From: a virus
Length of the DNA stretch: 64,000 bases
IMG/VR virus record: IMGVR_UViG_3300002461_000323
Location: 32,001 to 96,000 of that record
Direction: 5' to 3' (one strand)
Position 1 is the stretch's first letter; each line of letters opens with the position of its first letter. Shown in pieces: positions 29,321-38,383 of this stretch. Made by a program: the position numbers and the translations under genes. Under the pieces are notes generated by a model that ran no database searches, had not been told where the DNA came from, and was given only the letters and a program-made list of their open reading frames with translations.

Positions 29321-30973
29321 ATGAGCGTAGAGAACGCCAACCGAGACCTACCTCGCGGCGTTCGCGGGGGCTCGGTCGCCTGGGACCTGGAGCAGTCCGG
29401 GACCTTACTGCAGGACGACTACTTTGCGTCGGTTCCTGCGGGTAACGACACGGCCCTCGTAGGCTCTGCCGTTGCCACGGCCACGACCACGGCCAGCCTG
29501 ACCACCGGCATCCGCCTGGGCAGTGCGGTAGCTGCTGTGGCGGCATCCAGCGGGGCGCTGACGACCAACATCCGCCTGCAATCAAGTGCATCGGCAACCT
29601 CAAGCGCATCCGCAGCCTTGAGCGTGGGCGTGGGGTTCACCGCCGCAGCGACCGCGAGTGCGACCGCCACAGGTAACCTGACGACCGCGATCTCCATGCA
29701 GGCGGCTGCTCAGGCCGTGGCGTCGGTCAACGCGGTGCTGCGAGTGGGTGTGGCGTTCACCGGGTCTGCCGTGGCGATCGCGAGCACCACCGCGAACTTG
29801 ACCGTGGGCGTGGTCTTCAACGGCTCGGCTGTGGCCTCGTCCACGACGACAGCCAGCCTGACCACCCAGATCAGCTTCGTCGGCAGTGCACAGGCTACGG
29901 CGACAACCACCGCTGAACTGACGGTCGCACCAGGCTTCAGTGCAGCCGCAACGGCGATTGCAAGCGCTATTGCCACGTTGGGCACGCAGATTCGTCTGCA
30001 AGCCAGCGTAGCCGCGACCGTGGTCTCCGGGGCTGTTCTGGCAACCCAAGTACGGCTGGTGACCTCGGCCCTCGGCGTTGCCAGCGCTTCCGGATCACTG
30101 ACGACCCAGGTACGGCTTGCATCTGCTGCGTTGGCAACTGCCACCAGCACTGCAGGCCTTCTTACTGCCATTCGATTGGTGGGCTCTGGCTCGGCAGCCT
30201 CGCTGTCCACTGGCTCGTTGCAGACCGCCATCAGCCTCGTTGGCTCTGCCCAGGCGCGGGCAACCGTCATCGCGTCGAATCTCCAGGTCGGCGAGAGCAT
30301 GCTCGCGTCGGTACAGGCGAAGGCGACCGCCTCCGGCAACCTAACAACCATCGTGCGTCTGGTGGGTTCAGCCCCGGCGATCTCCAGTGCATCGGGAGTG
30401 CTGCGGGTCGGAGCGCTCTTCACCTCCACGGCCACGGCCACTGCAGCCGCTACGGCCAACCTCACGGTCGCCACACGCTTCAACGGCACCGCCAGCGCGA
30501 CCGCCAGTGCCTCCGGCAACCTGACGACCTCTGTCCGGCTGGTGGGAGCGGCCACGGTCACCGCACTGGCATCCGGCGTAATCGCAGGTGCTGCTGCTGA
30601 ACTGCAATCGATTGCACAGGCTCGGGCAACCGCCACGGGTGTGCTCACGTCCCCAGTGGACCTGGCTGGACAGGCGGCAGCAACCTCGGTCGCCAGCGGT
30701 AGCCTGCAGACCTCCATCCAGTTGGCCGGTGTCGCGACCGCGACTGCCCGTGCTCAGGGCAGCCTGCCAGCGCCGTTCGTACCCAACCCTGATCGCATCT
30801 GGGTTATTCCGGCTGAAGATCGGACGCTCGAAATCTTGGCCGAGGACCGGACTACCGAAGTCCCGTATGAGGACCGTGTGATCGAAATCCCGTACGAACT
30901 GCGGGTTCTCGTGGTCCCGTACGAGGTGCGTACGCTGGTCGTTCAGGCGGACAAGGGCGGTCTGATCGTCTGA
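29321..30973 (+). CDS. Ala/Thr/Ser-rich repetitive fibre protein
   Basis: Many ~20-aa repeats (GSAxAxAxxxGxLTTxIRL) and C-terminal 9-aa repeats (IPAEDRTLE/VPYEDRVIE). Confidence 0.6.
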   Translation: MSVENANRDLPRGVRGGSVAWDLEQSGTLLQDDYFASVPAGNDTALVGSAVATATTTASLTTGIRLGSAVAAVAASSGALTTNIRLQSSASATSSASAALSVGVGFTAAATASATATGNLTTAISMQAAAQAVASVNAVLRVGVAFTGSAVAIASTTANLTVGVVFNGSAVASSTTTASLTTQISFVGSAQATATTTAELTVAPGFSAAATAIASAIATLGTQIRLQASVAATVVSGAVLATQVRLVTSALGVASASGSLTTQVRLASAALATATSTAGLLTAIRLVGSGSAASLSTGSLQTAISLVGSAQARATVIASNLQVGESMLASVQAKATASGNLTTIVRLVGSAPAISSASGVLRVGALFTSTATATAAATANLTVATRFNGTASATASASGNLTTSVRLVGAATVTALASGVIAGAAAELQSIAQARATATGVLTSPVDLAGQAAATSVASGSLQTSIQLAGVATATARAQGSLPAPFVPNPDRIWVIPAEDRTLEILAEDRTTEVPYEDRVIEIPYELRVLVVPYEVRTLVVQADKGGLIV

Positions 30974-31019
30974 TCGCGAGCTAGGTGCGGCGATAATCCC
31001 TGATCTTCAAGGAGTGGTC

Positions 31020-31340
31020 ATGCGCAGAAAAGTTGTAGACACGATCGTCCCCTCGGGCGGCAACATCGTAACCGCCGATCTCAGTTCAGACGCCTACCAA
31101 CTGCTGGTCGTTCCTGTGGGAACGGTCACGGTCGAGCGATTCAACGCACGTGACGGGGTGGGCGCTCCGGTCGATCCCCAGCCTGTGAACGATCAGGGTG
31201 GCGCGACCCCGATGACCGGCATCGCAGCCGCCGCAACCGTGGCCCAGCGCACGGGCGTCGTCCCCTACCCAGGGTGCTCGGGCTTCAAGGTCTCAGCCGT
31301 AGGTGGTTCCTGCCGTGTGGTCATCTTCGGAGTCGAGTGA
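31020..31340 (+). CDS. Hypothetical protein
   Basis: SD AAGGAG upstream; 106 aa. Confidence 0.5.
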   Translation: MRRKVVDTIVPSGGNIVTADLSSDAYQLLVVPVGTVTVERFNARDGVGAPVDPQPVNDQGGATPMTGIAAAATVAQRTGVVPYPGCSGFKVSAVGGSCRVVIFGVE

Positions 31341-31699
31341 TGACCGGAGAGCACGACCAGCAGCAGCACCCCACCCAACTTACTCCAGCCGAACTACGCA
31401 TCGTGAGCCTGCGACTTGAAGTACTCCATGGTGATGTTCAGGACATGAGGTCGGTCTTGAAAGACCTGACATCCGCGATCACCAAGCTGGCCCTCATCGA
31501 AGAGCGCCAGACGCAGGCTGGACAGGCTCAGGAGCGTGCGTTCACGGCCTTGGAGAAGGTTGAGTCCCGCTTGGCAGCCCTGGAAGCCGATCGGAAGTCG
31601 AACAACAAGGCGACCGAGTGGGTGGACAAGGTTCAGTGGCTGGCGCTCGGTGCGCTCGTCATGTACGTCCTCAAGTCAGTTGGAATCATCGGGAGTTGA
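31340..31699 (+). CDS. Coiled-coil protein with C-terminal TM (XhlA/holin-associated type)
   Basis: LALIEERQ coiled coil plus WLALGALVMYVL transmembrane segment; start of the lysis cassette. Confidence 0.55.
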   Translation: MTGEHDQQQHPTQLTPAELRIVSLRLEVLHGDVQDMRSVLKDLTSAITKLALIEERQTQAGQAQERAFTALEKVESRLAALEADRKSNNKATEWVDKVQWLALGALVMYVLKSVGIIGS

Positions 31700-31701
31700 T
31701 C

Positions 31702-32112
31702 ATGGGAAACATTGAACGCTTGGCCGGGACGATCTCGGTCGAACTGCTGATCGCTGCGGTGGTCCTCGGGGTACTGTTCGCGTTCTTCGCTGGCATCCTC
31801 GTGTGGGCGCAAATCCGCAAGGGCAGCACGTTCGACGTCGGCAACTTCCTGCGGGATGACCAGGGCAAGGAAAGCTCTGGCCGGGCCTTCGGGTTCATCG
31901 CGTTGGCTGTTCACTGCTGGTGGGTGGTGACTCTCGTGTTCCAGAAAGAGGCGACGATCGACCACTTTCTGTGGTTCGGCATCATCTGGGCGGGCACGCC
32001 AGTGATCACGATCCTCGCTCATCGCTGGGGCGGCAACCTCCCGTTCTCTCAGAACGGCTCGCCTCCGACGCTTCCGCCTCCGGGTGGGTACACCGGACCG
32101 GACAACAGGTGA
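31702..32112 (+). CDS. Putative holin (multi-TM membrane protein)
   Basis: About 3 hydrophobic segments; DDQGKESSGR motif; upstream of the endolysins. Confidence 0.55.
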   Translation: MGNIERLAGTISVELLIAAVVLGVLFAFFAGILVWAQIRKGSTFDVGNFLRDDQGKESSGRAFGFIALAVHCWWVVTLVFQKEATIDHFLWFGIIWAGTPVITILAHRWGGNLPFSQNGSPPTLPPPGGYTGPDNR

Positions 32113-32115
32113 GCC

Positions 32116-32430
32116 ATGGACACCCGGTACTCGATCAGACGCGCCCAGACCCGGAATGCGGCCGAGCGCAACCTCGACGAGTACCGGCTTCGGCAGGACG
32201 AGACGGTGATCGAGCTTGAGAAGGCGGTGATCGCTAACCTGATGCTCACCGGCAAAGATTTTCTAACCAAAGGAGTTGATGATGCGAAAGAGCCTGAGAG
32301 CGTTGATGGTGGTCGCGGCAGTGGCGATGGCGGGGTCGGTGTTCGCACAGGCAGCCCCCGCGCCGACCGTCGAGTTCCCCGTGTGCTGGCCAAAAGAGAT
32401 CGGCGGCTCCGGAACCTCGGTGATGCATGA
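32116..32430 (+). CDS. Hypothetical protein (overlaps the next gene)
   Basis: ATG 4 nt after the holin stop; its 3' ~150 nt overlap 32282 in another frame. Confidence 0.35.
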   Translation: MDTRYSIRRAQTRNAAERNLDEYRLRQDETVIELEKAVIANLMLTGKDFLTKGVDDAKEPESVDGGRGSGDGGVGVRTGSPRADRRVPRVLAKRDRRLRNLGDA

Positions 32431-32893
32431 GAGCCTGCAGACGGCCGACGGTGCGATCAAGGGTCAGTTCTGGGGGTGGTGGTGCAAGCTACCGGACGGC
32501 AAGGTCCAGCCTTGGCTGGCGGTTCACCGAAATGAGTACGCGTACAACCTGCCGTCCCATGATCCTACGCTCCCGCTGATCGACAAGGTGCGGTTGTACT
32601 GGGCTGCGAATGCCAAGCCGTTCGATGCGACGACCCAGCCGTTGGCTGACCTGGCGATGGCCCGGTTACAGGCGATCAAGCCGGTTGCCAGCCAGTACGT
32701 GGTCACGCAATTGATTGCAGGGATTCCGAAGACCCCGACTTACACGGTGGTCAACAACGCGTTGGTCTGGAACGCAGAACGCGCTGACTCCGGCGCAGCC
32801 TGTGATTGTCAGACCCAGAAGGTGGAGATCAAGGGCCTCACGTACTGCCGCATCCCCGGCCGCACGGTTGTCGCTCAGTGCAAGGTCCGGTGA
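32282..32893 (+). CDS. Secreted Cys-rich protein with Sec signal peptide
   Basis: SD AGGAG; MRKSLRALMVVAAVAMAGSVFA-QA signal peptide; multiple Cys. Confidence 0.6.
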   Translation: MRKSLRALMVVAAVAMAGSVFAQAAPAPTVEFPVCWPKEIGGSGTSVMHESLQTADGAIKGQFWGWWCKLPDGKVQPWLAVHRNEYAYNLPSHDPTLPLIDKVRLYWAANAKPFDATTQPLADLAMARLQAIKPVASQYVVTQLIAGIPKTPTYTVVNNALVWNAERADSGAACDCQTQKVEIKGLTYCRIPGRTVVAQCKVR

Positions 32894-33564
32894 TGCCCGA
32901 AGTCCTGTCAGTCAAACAGATCGCGGCGGTTATCGACTGCCCTGAGGCTCGGGCGTTGATCTGGTACACCCCGATCAACCTCGCTCTCCAGAAGTACGAG
33001 ATCACCACACGGCTTCGACAGGCCGCGTTCTTGTCTCAGATCGCGCACGAGAGTGGCAAGCTCCGTTCGGTGGTCGAGAACCTGAACTACTCGGCGGTCG
33101 GCCTGGCCGGCACTTGGCCTTCACGGTACGCGGTGGACCCGAAGGCCCGGAAGAAGCAGCCGAACGAACTGGCGCTCCGTTTGCACCGCAAGCCCGAGCA
33201 GATCGCGAACCACACATACGCGAACCGCATGGAGAACGGCCCTCCAGAGTCCGGCGACGGGTGGAAGTACAGGGGCAGAGGTCCGAAACAATGCACCGGA
33301 GCCCGCAATTACCGCCTGTACCAGGAGTTCAGCACCCGCCCGGTGTTGAAGAACCCAGACCTGTTGCTTGATCCGGAGATCGGCATGGACGTCGCCGGGT
33401 GGTTCTGGGACACCAACAACTGCGGACCCATGGCCGACAGGGGCGACATCAAGGGTGTTACGATCGCGATCAACGGCGGCTTGATCGGCTACGAGGACGG
33501 CAACGACTTCGGACTCGACGATCGGGTCGAACTCTACCAAAATGGGTTGATGGTGCTCGCATGA
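32893..33564 (+). CDS. Endolysin, glycoside hydrolase family 19
   Basis: AAFLSQIAHESG, ENLNYS, GDGWKYRGRG..Q.TG..NY, INGGLIG motifs. Confidence 0.93.
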   Translation: MPEVLSVKQIAAVIDCPEARALIWYTPINLALQKYEITTRLRQAAFLSQIAHESGKLRSVVENLNYSAVGLAGTWPSRYAVDPKARKKQPNELALRLHRKPEQIANHTYANRMENGPPESGDGWKYRGRGPKQCTGARNYRLYQEFSTRPVLKNPDLLLDPEIGMDVAGWFWDTNNCGPMADRGDIKGVTIAINGGLIGYEDGNDFGLDDRVELYQNGLMVLA

Positions 33565-34046
33565 ACTTCAGTGACAACGCCTTCAAGCTCGTGGCCGAAC
33601 TCGACTTCCGCCAGGGCACGATGCACCGCACGTTCTACGATGAACGCGGGCGTCTGGGCGTTGGCTACGGGCACGTGCTGAAGACCGGCGAGAGCGTGAA
33701 GGTGCCGATGGCCTCGCACATCGCCGCCGCGTTGCTGCTGGCTGACCTCAAGGACGTCTACGCGTTGATCAAGCCGCGTGTGCAGAACCTGAGCCAGTGC
33801 CAGGTGGACGCGGTTGTCGCCTGGGGCTTCTGCGCGATGCAGGGCCGGTGTGAGTCCGGTGACGGCCAGACGTTCGAAGACAGTCGGCTGCTGGAGTACG
33901 CACAGGCAGGAAAGGTCCACCTGACGGCCGCCGAGTTCGACAACTGGGCGTCGATCAAAGGGCGCCCGAGCATCCCGCTGTCCCGCCGTCGGCAGTTGGA
34001 GCAACTGATGTTCCTTGGCAACTACACCCCGAAAGGCCGGTCATGA
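33561..34046 (+). CDS. GH24 lysozyme-like protein with divergent catalytic residues
   Basis: GVGYGH, LLLADL, LSQCQVDAVV, AAEFDNW, LSRRRQLE motifs of phage lysozymes. Confidence 0.8.
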   Translation: MNFSDNAFKLVAELDFRQGTMHRTFYDERGRLGVGYGHVLKTGESVKVPMASHIAAALLLADLKDVYALIKPRVQNLSQCQVDAVVAWGFCAMQGRCESGDGQTFEDSRLLEYAQAGKVHLTAAEFDNWASIKGRPSIPLSRRRQLEQLMFLGNYTPKGRS

Positions 34047-34645
34047 TTCAAGCTGCGCTCGGCCTGCTGTTGAGCCCCCGGGTGCTCGGGGCCATCGCGG
34101 TCGCCGGTGCCTGCTGGTGGGGCTACAACCACGTACAGGGCGTTGGCTACGACCGGGCGGTGGCCGAGTACCAGCCCCAAGTTAAAGCGCTCACAGAGGC
34201 TCTTACGAAAGAACGCAAGGAGCGATCAGATGAACAGGCTCTGGCGAAAGCTCGATCGGAGGCCGCGGATGCTGAGTACCGGGCGCGTGAAAAAGAGTTG
34301 GAAGCCCAAGTGGCAAAAGCAGGAGAACTTTATGAGAAATCCCAGTCCGAGAACTCGGTTCGTTTGGCTGCTGAGCGTGAACGTGCTGATCGTGCTGTTG
34401 CTGCTGCTGGCAGGTTGTCAGACGACCTCAGGCGTTTTGCAGCCGGAGGTTCCGAAGCCGGTGGTGATTCCCTCACCGCCTGCAGTGCGCGTGCCGTTGC
34501 CCTCGGGAGCCTACTGGGAGAAACACTCGCAGTCGGTCAACGAGTTCTGCGACGTTCAGCAGAGAACGCAGAAGCTGCTGAGTCAAACGCCGACGCCGTG
34601 CGAGCGCTGACCACCGCCTGGCCTGTTGTTGACAAACCGAAGTGA
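34043..34645 (+). CDS. i-spanin (Rz-like)
   Basis: N-terminal TM followed by a long coiled coil; follows the endolysins. Confidence 0.8.
   Translation: MIQAALGLLLSPRVLGAIAVAGACWWGYNHVQGVGYDRAVAEYQPQVKALTEALTKERKERSDEQALAKARSEAADAEYRAREKELEAQVAKAGELYEKSQSENSVRLAAERERADRAVAAAGRLSDDLRRFAAGGSEAGGDSLTACSARAVALGSLLGETLAVGQRVLRRSAENAEAAESNADAVRALTTAWPVVDKPK
34332..34610 (+). CDS. o-spanin lipoprotein (Rz1-like), embedded in Rz
   Basis: SD AGGAG at 34321; signal peptide with lipobox LLLLAG-C; Pro-rich mature part; +1 frame inside Rz. Confidence 0.85.
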   Translation: MRNPSPRTRFVWLLSVNVLIVLLLLLAGCQTTSGVLQPEVPKPVVIPSPPAVRVPLPSGAYWEKHSQSVNEFCDVQQRTQKLLSQTPTPCER

Positions 34646-34657
34646 CTGTGTTATAAT
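34629..34657 (+). promoter_or_regulatory. Sigma70-type promoter
   Basis: TTGACA-N17-TATAAT, perfect consensus. Confidence 0.9.
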
Positions 34658-34716
34658 GTAGTACAGGCTGATCCTGGCCTGTAACACAGTTCTTTCAACA
34701 TGCAATGGAGTGCAAT

Positions 34717-34977
34717 ATGGCAAAGACAAAGTCCAAGTACCTTCCCGAGCCCCGAGGCAAGGAAATGCGGTGTGGCATCAAAGTCTCATGGCAGTACTAC
34801 GAGACTGAGGAGCAGGCCCGGTCAGCCGCCAAGGTGGCGGAACACAACGCAGAAGTGGCCTGGCAACAGGGCTATGACTTCGGGTACCAGACTCCTGGGT
34901 CTGTACGTCTGATGGACGATAACCTGCAAGGAGAGTGGGCCAAGTACAGCGGTCTCTGGGAAGTCTGCTTCCCCTGA
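34717..34977 (+). CDS. Early hypothetical protein
   Basis: First ORF after the promoter; SD GGAG lies inside a degenerate palindrome. Confidence 0.6.
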   Translation: MAKTKSKYLPEPRGKEMRCGIKVSWQYYETEEQARSAAKVAEHNAEVAWQQGYDFGYQTPGSVRLMDDNLQGEWAKYSGLWEVCFP

Positions 34978-35003
34978 ATGCAATCGATTGCAGTCATCCG
35001 GTC

Positions 35004-35031
35004 TTGACAAACTGGCTGACTGTGTTAAAAT
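35004..35031 (+). promoter_or_regulatory. Sigma70-type promoter
   Basis: TTGACA-N16-TAAAAT, 11 bp downstream of palindrome 34979-34992. Confidence 0.8.
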
Positions 35032-35106
35032 CAGGGTTCCAGTGCGTGAGTGAGTGCCTCACGGTCAACGCTGGAACCTTCTTGCACTCGGTAACGGAGT
35101 ACCTCT

Positions 35107-37116
35107 ATGTCATCTGACTTCCATCATTTCGCGGCGCATGTGCACGCCCGCTTCAAGGCGTTCATCCCAGACAAAATCTACGCGGTCGGCAACGACGGTC
35201 AGAAAGTCTGGGAGGCCTACCTCTCGTTCTTCCCCGCAGGCACCGATCCGATCTTCCGGGTGAACACCGAACACACCTGCAGTTGCTGCCGGAACTTCGT
35301 GAAGAACCTGGGCGCGGCCGTGATGCTCAAGGACGGTGTGATCCACACGGTCTGGGACAGCGGGCAGACGCTCCCGCACCCGTACAACGTCGTGGCCGAG
35401 CGCATGCACCAGTTCGTGCTCTCGCTGCCGTTGAACTCGATCTACCGCACGAACATGCCCAGCTACGGAAATCAGGTGACCAAGGAGTTGCTGGCCGACG
35501 GCAAGGTCCACAACTGGAACCACTTCCATGCGACCTTGCCTGCGCTGCTGGTGCACAAAGAGCCGGATGCGATCATCGGTGTGGCGCGTGGTGCCATCCA
35601 GGTGGCTGAGCGCGGGCTCAACGAACTCACGATCCAGGCCGTGTACACCGTGCTCGAACTCATGGAGCAGAAGACGCTCTACCGTGGCGAGGAGTTCAAG
35701 GACAGCGTGCAGGCCTTCCGTGACCTCAAGCGGGTGTACGACAAGCTCCCGATCACCCAGCAGGAGGTCTTCGCCTGGGAGAACTACAACCTCAAGGGTG
35801 CGCAGGTCCGCAACAGCGTGATCGGCACGTTGTTGATCGCCCTCTCCGAGGGTGTGGACACCGAGGATGCGGTCAAAGCCTACGAGGCGAAGGTCGCTCC
35901 GGCGAACTACAAGCGTCCGACCGCTCTGATCACCCCGAAGATGGTCGAAGCGGCGATGGCCGAGATCAAGGAACAGGGCCTGGAGACTGCACTCGAACGC
36001 CGTCACGCTCGTCTGGCCGACATCAAGATCAACAACGTGCTGTGGGCTGACACCCACGTGAAGCCGACTGCCAAAGGCGGGTTGATGGACGCGCTGATGG
36101 AGCAGACGGTGAAAACTCCGGTGAAAGTCACGAAAGACGCCGAGGATGTGTCGATCCACGAGTTCATGCAGAACATCTTGCCGAAAGCCAAGTCGATGGA
36201 AGTCCTGTTGACCGGCAAGCACTTGGGCAACTTCGTGAGCCTGACCGCGCCCGTGCACCCAGACTCCGAGCGGCTGTTCAAGTGGGACAACAAGTTCGCC
36301 TGGTCATACGACGGCTCGGTCACCGACTCGATCACCGCCAAGGTCAAGGCCGCTGGCGGAAACGTGGACGCGCTCATGCGGTTCAGCCTCGCGTGGTCGA
36401 ACTTCGATGACCTGGACTTCCACTTGCGTGGCCCGAGCGGTGCTCACGTGTACTTCGGTCGCAAGATCGGGGCGTACGCGCACTTGGATGTTGACATGAA
36501 TGCCGGGGGTGGCAGCACTCGCACGCCGGTCGAGAACATCGCGCTCTCCCAGCTTCCTGACGGCCTGTACGCGGTCTCGGTCAACCAGTATCATCGGCGC
36601 GAGAGCATCGACGTCGGGTACACCGTTCAGTACGCGTACAACGGCCAGATCATCGAGTTGACGTCCGCGAAATCACCTGCGCAGGGCGATTTCGATCAGG
36701 TGGTCACGCTCACGGTCAAGAAGGGCGAGGTCGTGGACTTCAAACCCGGCCCGGGGCTCACTGTTGGGGCATCCGAGCAGGACAAGTGGGGGCTGACGAC
36801 CGAGAACTTCGCACGCGTGAAGACCGTGATGTACAGCCCCAACCACTGGGATGAACAGAACGTGGGCAACCGCCACTGGTTCTTCATCTTGGACGGCTGC
36901 AGGAACCCTGACCCGGTTCGCGGCGTCTACAACGAATTCTTGATGCCCGGCATGGAGAAGCACCGCAAGGTCTTCGAAGTCCTGGGTGACAAGACCAAGG
37001 CCCCGGTCGCTGACGAACAACTCAGCGGTCTCGGGTTTTCGAGCACCAAGCCGGACAAGTTGACGGTCTTGGTCAAAGGCGACAAGCTGAACAAGCTGGT
37101 CAACGTGGTCTTCTGA
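35107..37116 (+). CDS. Large early phage protein with a YfaP/DUF2135-like domain
   Basis: 669 aa; N-terminal HTCSCCRNF; RFSLAW..DDLDFH..LDVDMNAG..PVENI domain. Confidence 0.6.
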   Translation: MSSDFHHFAAHVHARFKAFIPDKIYAVGNDGQKVWEAYLSFFPAGTDPIFRVNTEHTCSCCRNFVKNLGAAVMLKDGVIHTVWDSGQTLPHPYNVVAERMHQFVLSLPLNSIYRTNMPSYGNQVTKELLADGKVHNWNHFHATLPALLVHKEPDAIIGVARGAIQVAERGLNELTIQAVYTVLELMEQKTLYRGEEFKDSVQAFRDLKRVYDKLPITQQEVFAWENYNLKGAQVRNSVIGTLLIALSEGVDTEDAVKAYEAKVAPANYKRPTALITPKMVEAAMAEIKEQGLETALERRHARLADIKINNVLWADTHVKPTAKGGLMDALMEQTVKTPVKVTKDAEDVSIHEFMQNILPKAKSMEVLLTGKHLGNFVSLTAPVHPDSERLFKWDNKFAWSYDGSVTDSITAKVKAAGGNVDALMRFSLAWSNFDDLDFHLRGPSGAHVYFGRKIGAYAHLDVDMNAGGGSTRTPVENIALSQLPDGLYAVSVNQYHRRESIDVGYTVQYAYNGQIIELTSAKSPAQGDFDQVVTLTVKKGEVVDFKPGPGLTVGASEQDKWGLTTENFARVKTVMYSPNHWDEQNVGNRHWFFILDGCRNPDPVRGVYNEFLMPGMEKHRKVFEVLGDKTKAPVADEQLSGLGFSSTKPDKLTVLVKGDKLNKLVNVVF

Positions 37117-37149
37117 CCGTCCATTCTCACCATCCATCTGGAGTATCAA

Positions 37150-37551
37150 ATGAACATCTTCGAACAAGCCTCCCGTCAGTGCCTCCGCTTCAACAGCATC
37201 CGTGGCGCGATCATGGTCGAACACCTGTGGCAGGCACCCCTGCAGTCGAAAGACGGGTTCGATCTCGACACGATCGCCAAGGGCATCGCCAAGGAGATCA
37301 AGGAGGCCGACGAGGGCAGCTTCGTGAACACGACCACCAGCCCGGCCAAGGCCGAGAACGAACTCCGTCTGGAGATCGTGAAGTTCGTGATCGCCGACAA
37401 GATCGCCGAGCAGAAGGCACGTGAGCAGGCGGTGCAGATCGCTGCCCGCAAGAAGAAGCTCAAGGACGCGCTGGCTCAGAAGCAGGACGCTGCGCTCATG
37501 GACATGACGCCCGAGCAGATCGCGGCCGAGATCGAGGCCTTGGGCTCCTGA
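37150..37551 (+). CDS. Helical partner protein of the 669-aa gene
   Basis: MNIFEQASR..LRF..G..VEHLW..PL motif; coiled-coil C-terminus. Confidence 0.55.
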   Translation: MNIFEQASRQCLRFNSIRGAIMVEHLWQAPLQSKDGFDLDTIAKGIAKEIKEADEGSFVNTTTSPAKAENELRLEIVKFVIADKIAEQKAREQAVQIAARKKKLKDALAQKQDAALMDMTPEQIAAEIEALGS

Positions 37552-37556
37552 GCGTC

Positions 37557-37922
37557 ATGGGACGCACAACACTCACGCTGCACCGTCAAGGGCAGTTCAA
37601 GGCCGTACTCTCTGGCGACAACCACTGCGGGGTGGCACCCGCTGGACTGTTCGAGCCGCTGACGCTCAAGTACGACTTCCGGGCCGTCTGCAAGCCGACA
37701 CTCGATGAACGGGGCTTCCTGTTCGAGCAGTTGAACGTGGACAAGCACTTCCAGACCATCCGGGCGATCGACGTCTCCTGCGAAGAACTGGTGGTGCGGG
37801 TCGCCGGAGAGTTGATCAAGCTGATCAAGGAAGAACACCCCGGGTGCAAGCTCAAGCGGGTGACGCTGATGATCAGCGCGTCTCCGCACATGGCGGACAT
37901 GACGTACGACTGGAAGGCCTGA
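37557..37922 (+). CDS. QueD/PTPS-like (T-fold) divergent protein
   Basis: LDERGFLFE and SCEELV..A motifs and ~120-aa size resemble 6-pyruvoyl-tetrahydropterin synthases. Confidence 0.35.
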   Translation: MGRTTLTLHRQGQFKAVLSGDNHCGVAPAGLFEPLTLKYDFRAVCKPTLDERGFLFEQLNVDKHFQTIRAIDVSCEELVVRVAGELIKLIKEEHPGCKLKRVTLMISASPHMADMTYDWKA

Positions 37923-37951
37923 CCTTCTGCAATTGATTGCGCTGCCTGGTC

Positions 37952-37980
37952 TTGACAAACCCGGGCGGCGTGGTTATAAT
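37952..37980 (+). promoter_or_regulatory. Sigma70-type promoter
   Basis: TTGACA-N17-TATAAT, 10 bp downstream of palindrome 37928-37941. Confidence 0.9.
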
Positions 37981-38003
37981 TGTCCAACAGCAAAGGAGTG
38001 CAT

Positions 38004-38195
38004 ATGGACAAGCAAGACAAGCCGCAAGGCGTTCACCCCGGGATGCGGCCCTACTTCGAGTGGTTCGCCCCTCCCCATGACGAGCAGGCCGCGATCGAGG
38101 CCGACCTCGCATACCAACACATGAAAGACTCCGGCGAACTCCACCGCCGTGAGTCCGAGCGTGCCCTCCGCATTCAAGTGCAGGGGCAGCCATGA
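38004..38195 (+). CDS. Small early hypothetical protein
   Basis: SD AAGGAG; first ORF after the promoter. Confidence 0.6.
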   Translation: MDKQDKPQGVHPGMRPYFEWFAPPHDEQAAIEADLAYQHMKDSGELHRRESERALRIQVQGQP

Positions 38196-38383
38196 TCACC
38201 GCTGACCAAGAACTCATGCTGGAAATGCTTGACCTGATCAAGCGCCAGAAAGAGTGGATCGACGCTGTCCCTCAGGAGACCGTGCTCCCGGCCATGCCTG
38301 GGTTCGACGGTGACTGGGCGGCGACGATCATCGGGCAGGCTACCGAGCGTGCAACCGAAATCAAAGAAGGGCGCTTCAAATGA
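38192..38383 (+). CDS. Small early hypothetical protein
   Basis: Coupled ATGA overlap. Confidence 0.55.
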   Translation: MITADQELMLEMLDLIKRQKEWIDAVPQETVLPAMPGFDGDWAATIIGQATERATEIKEGRFK

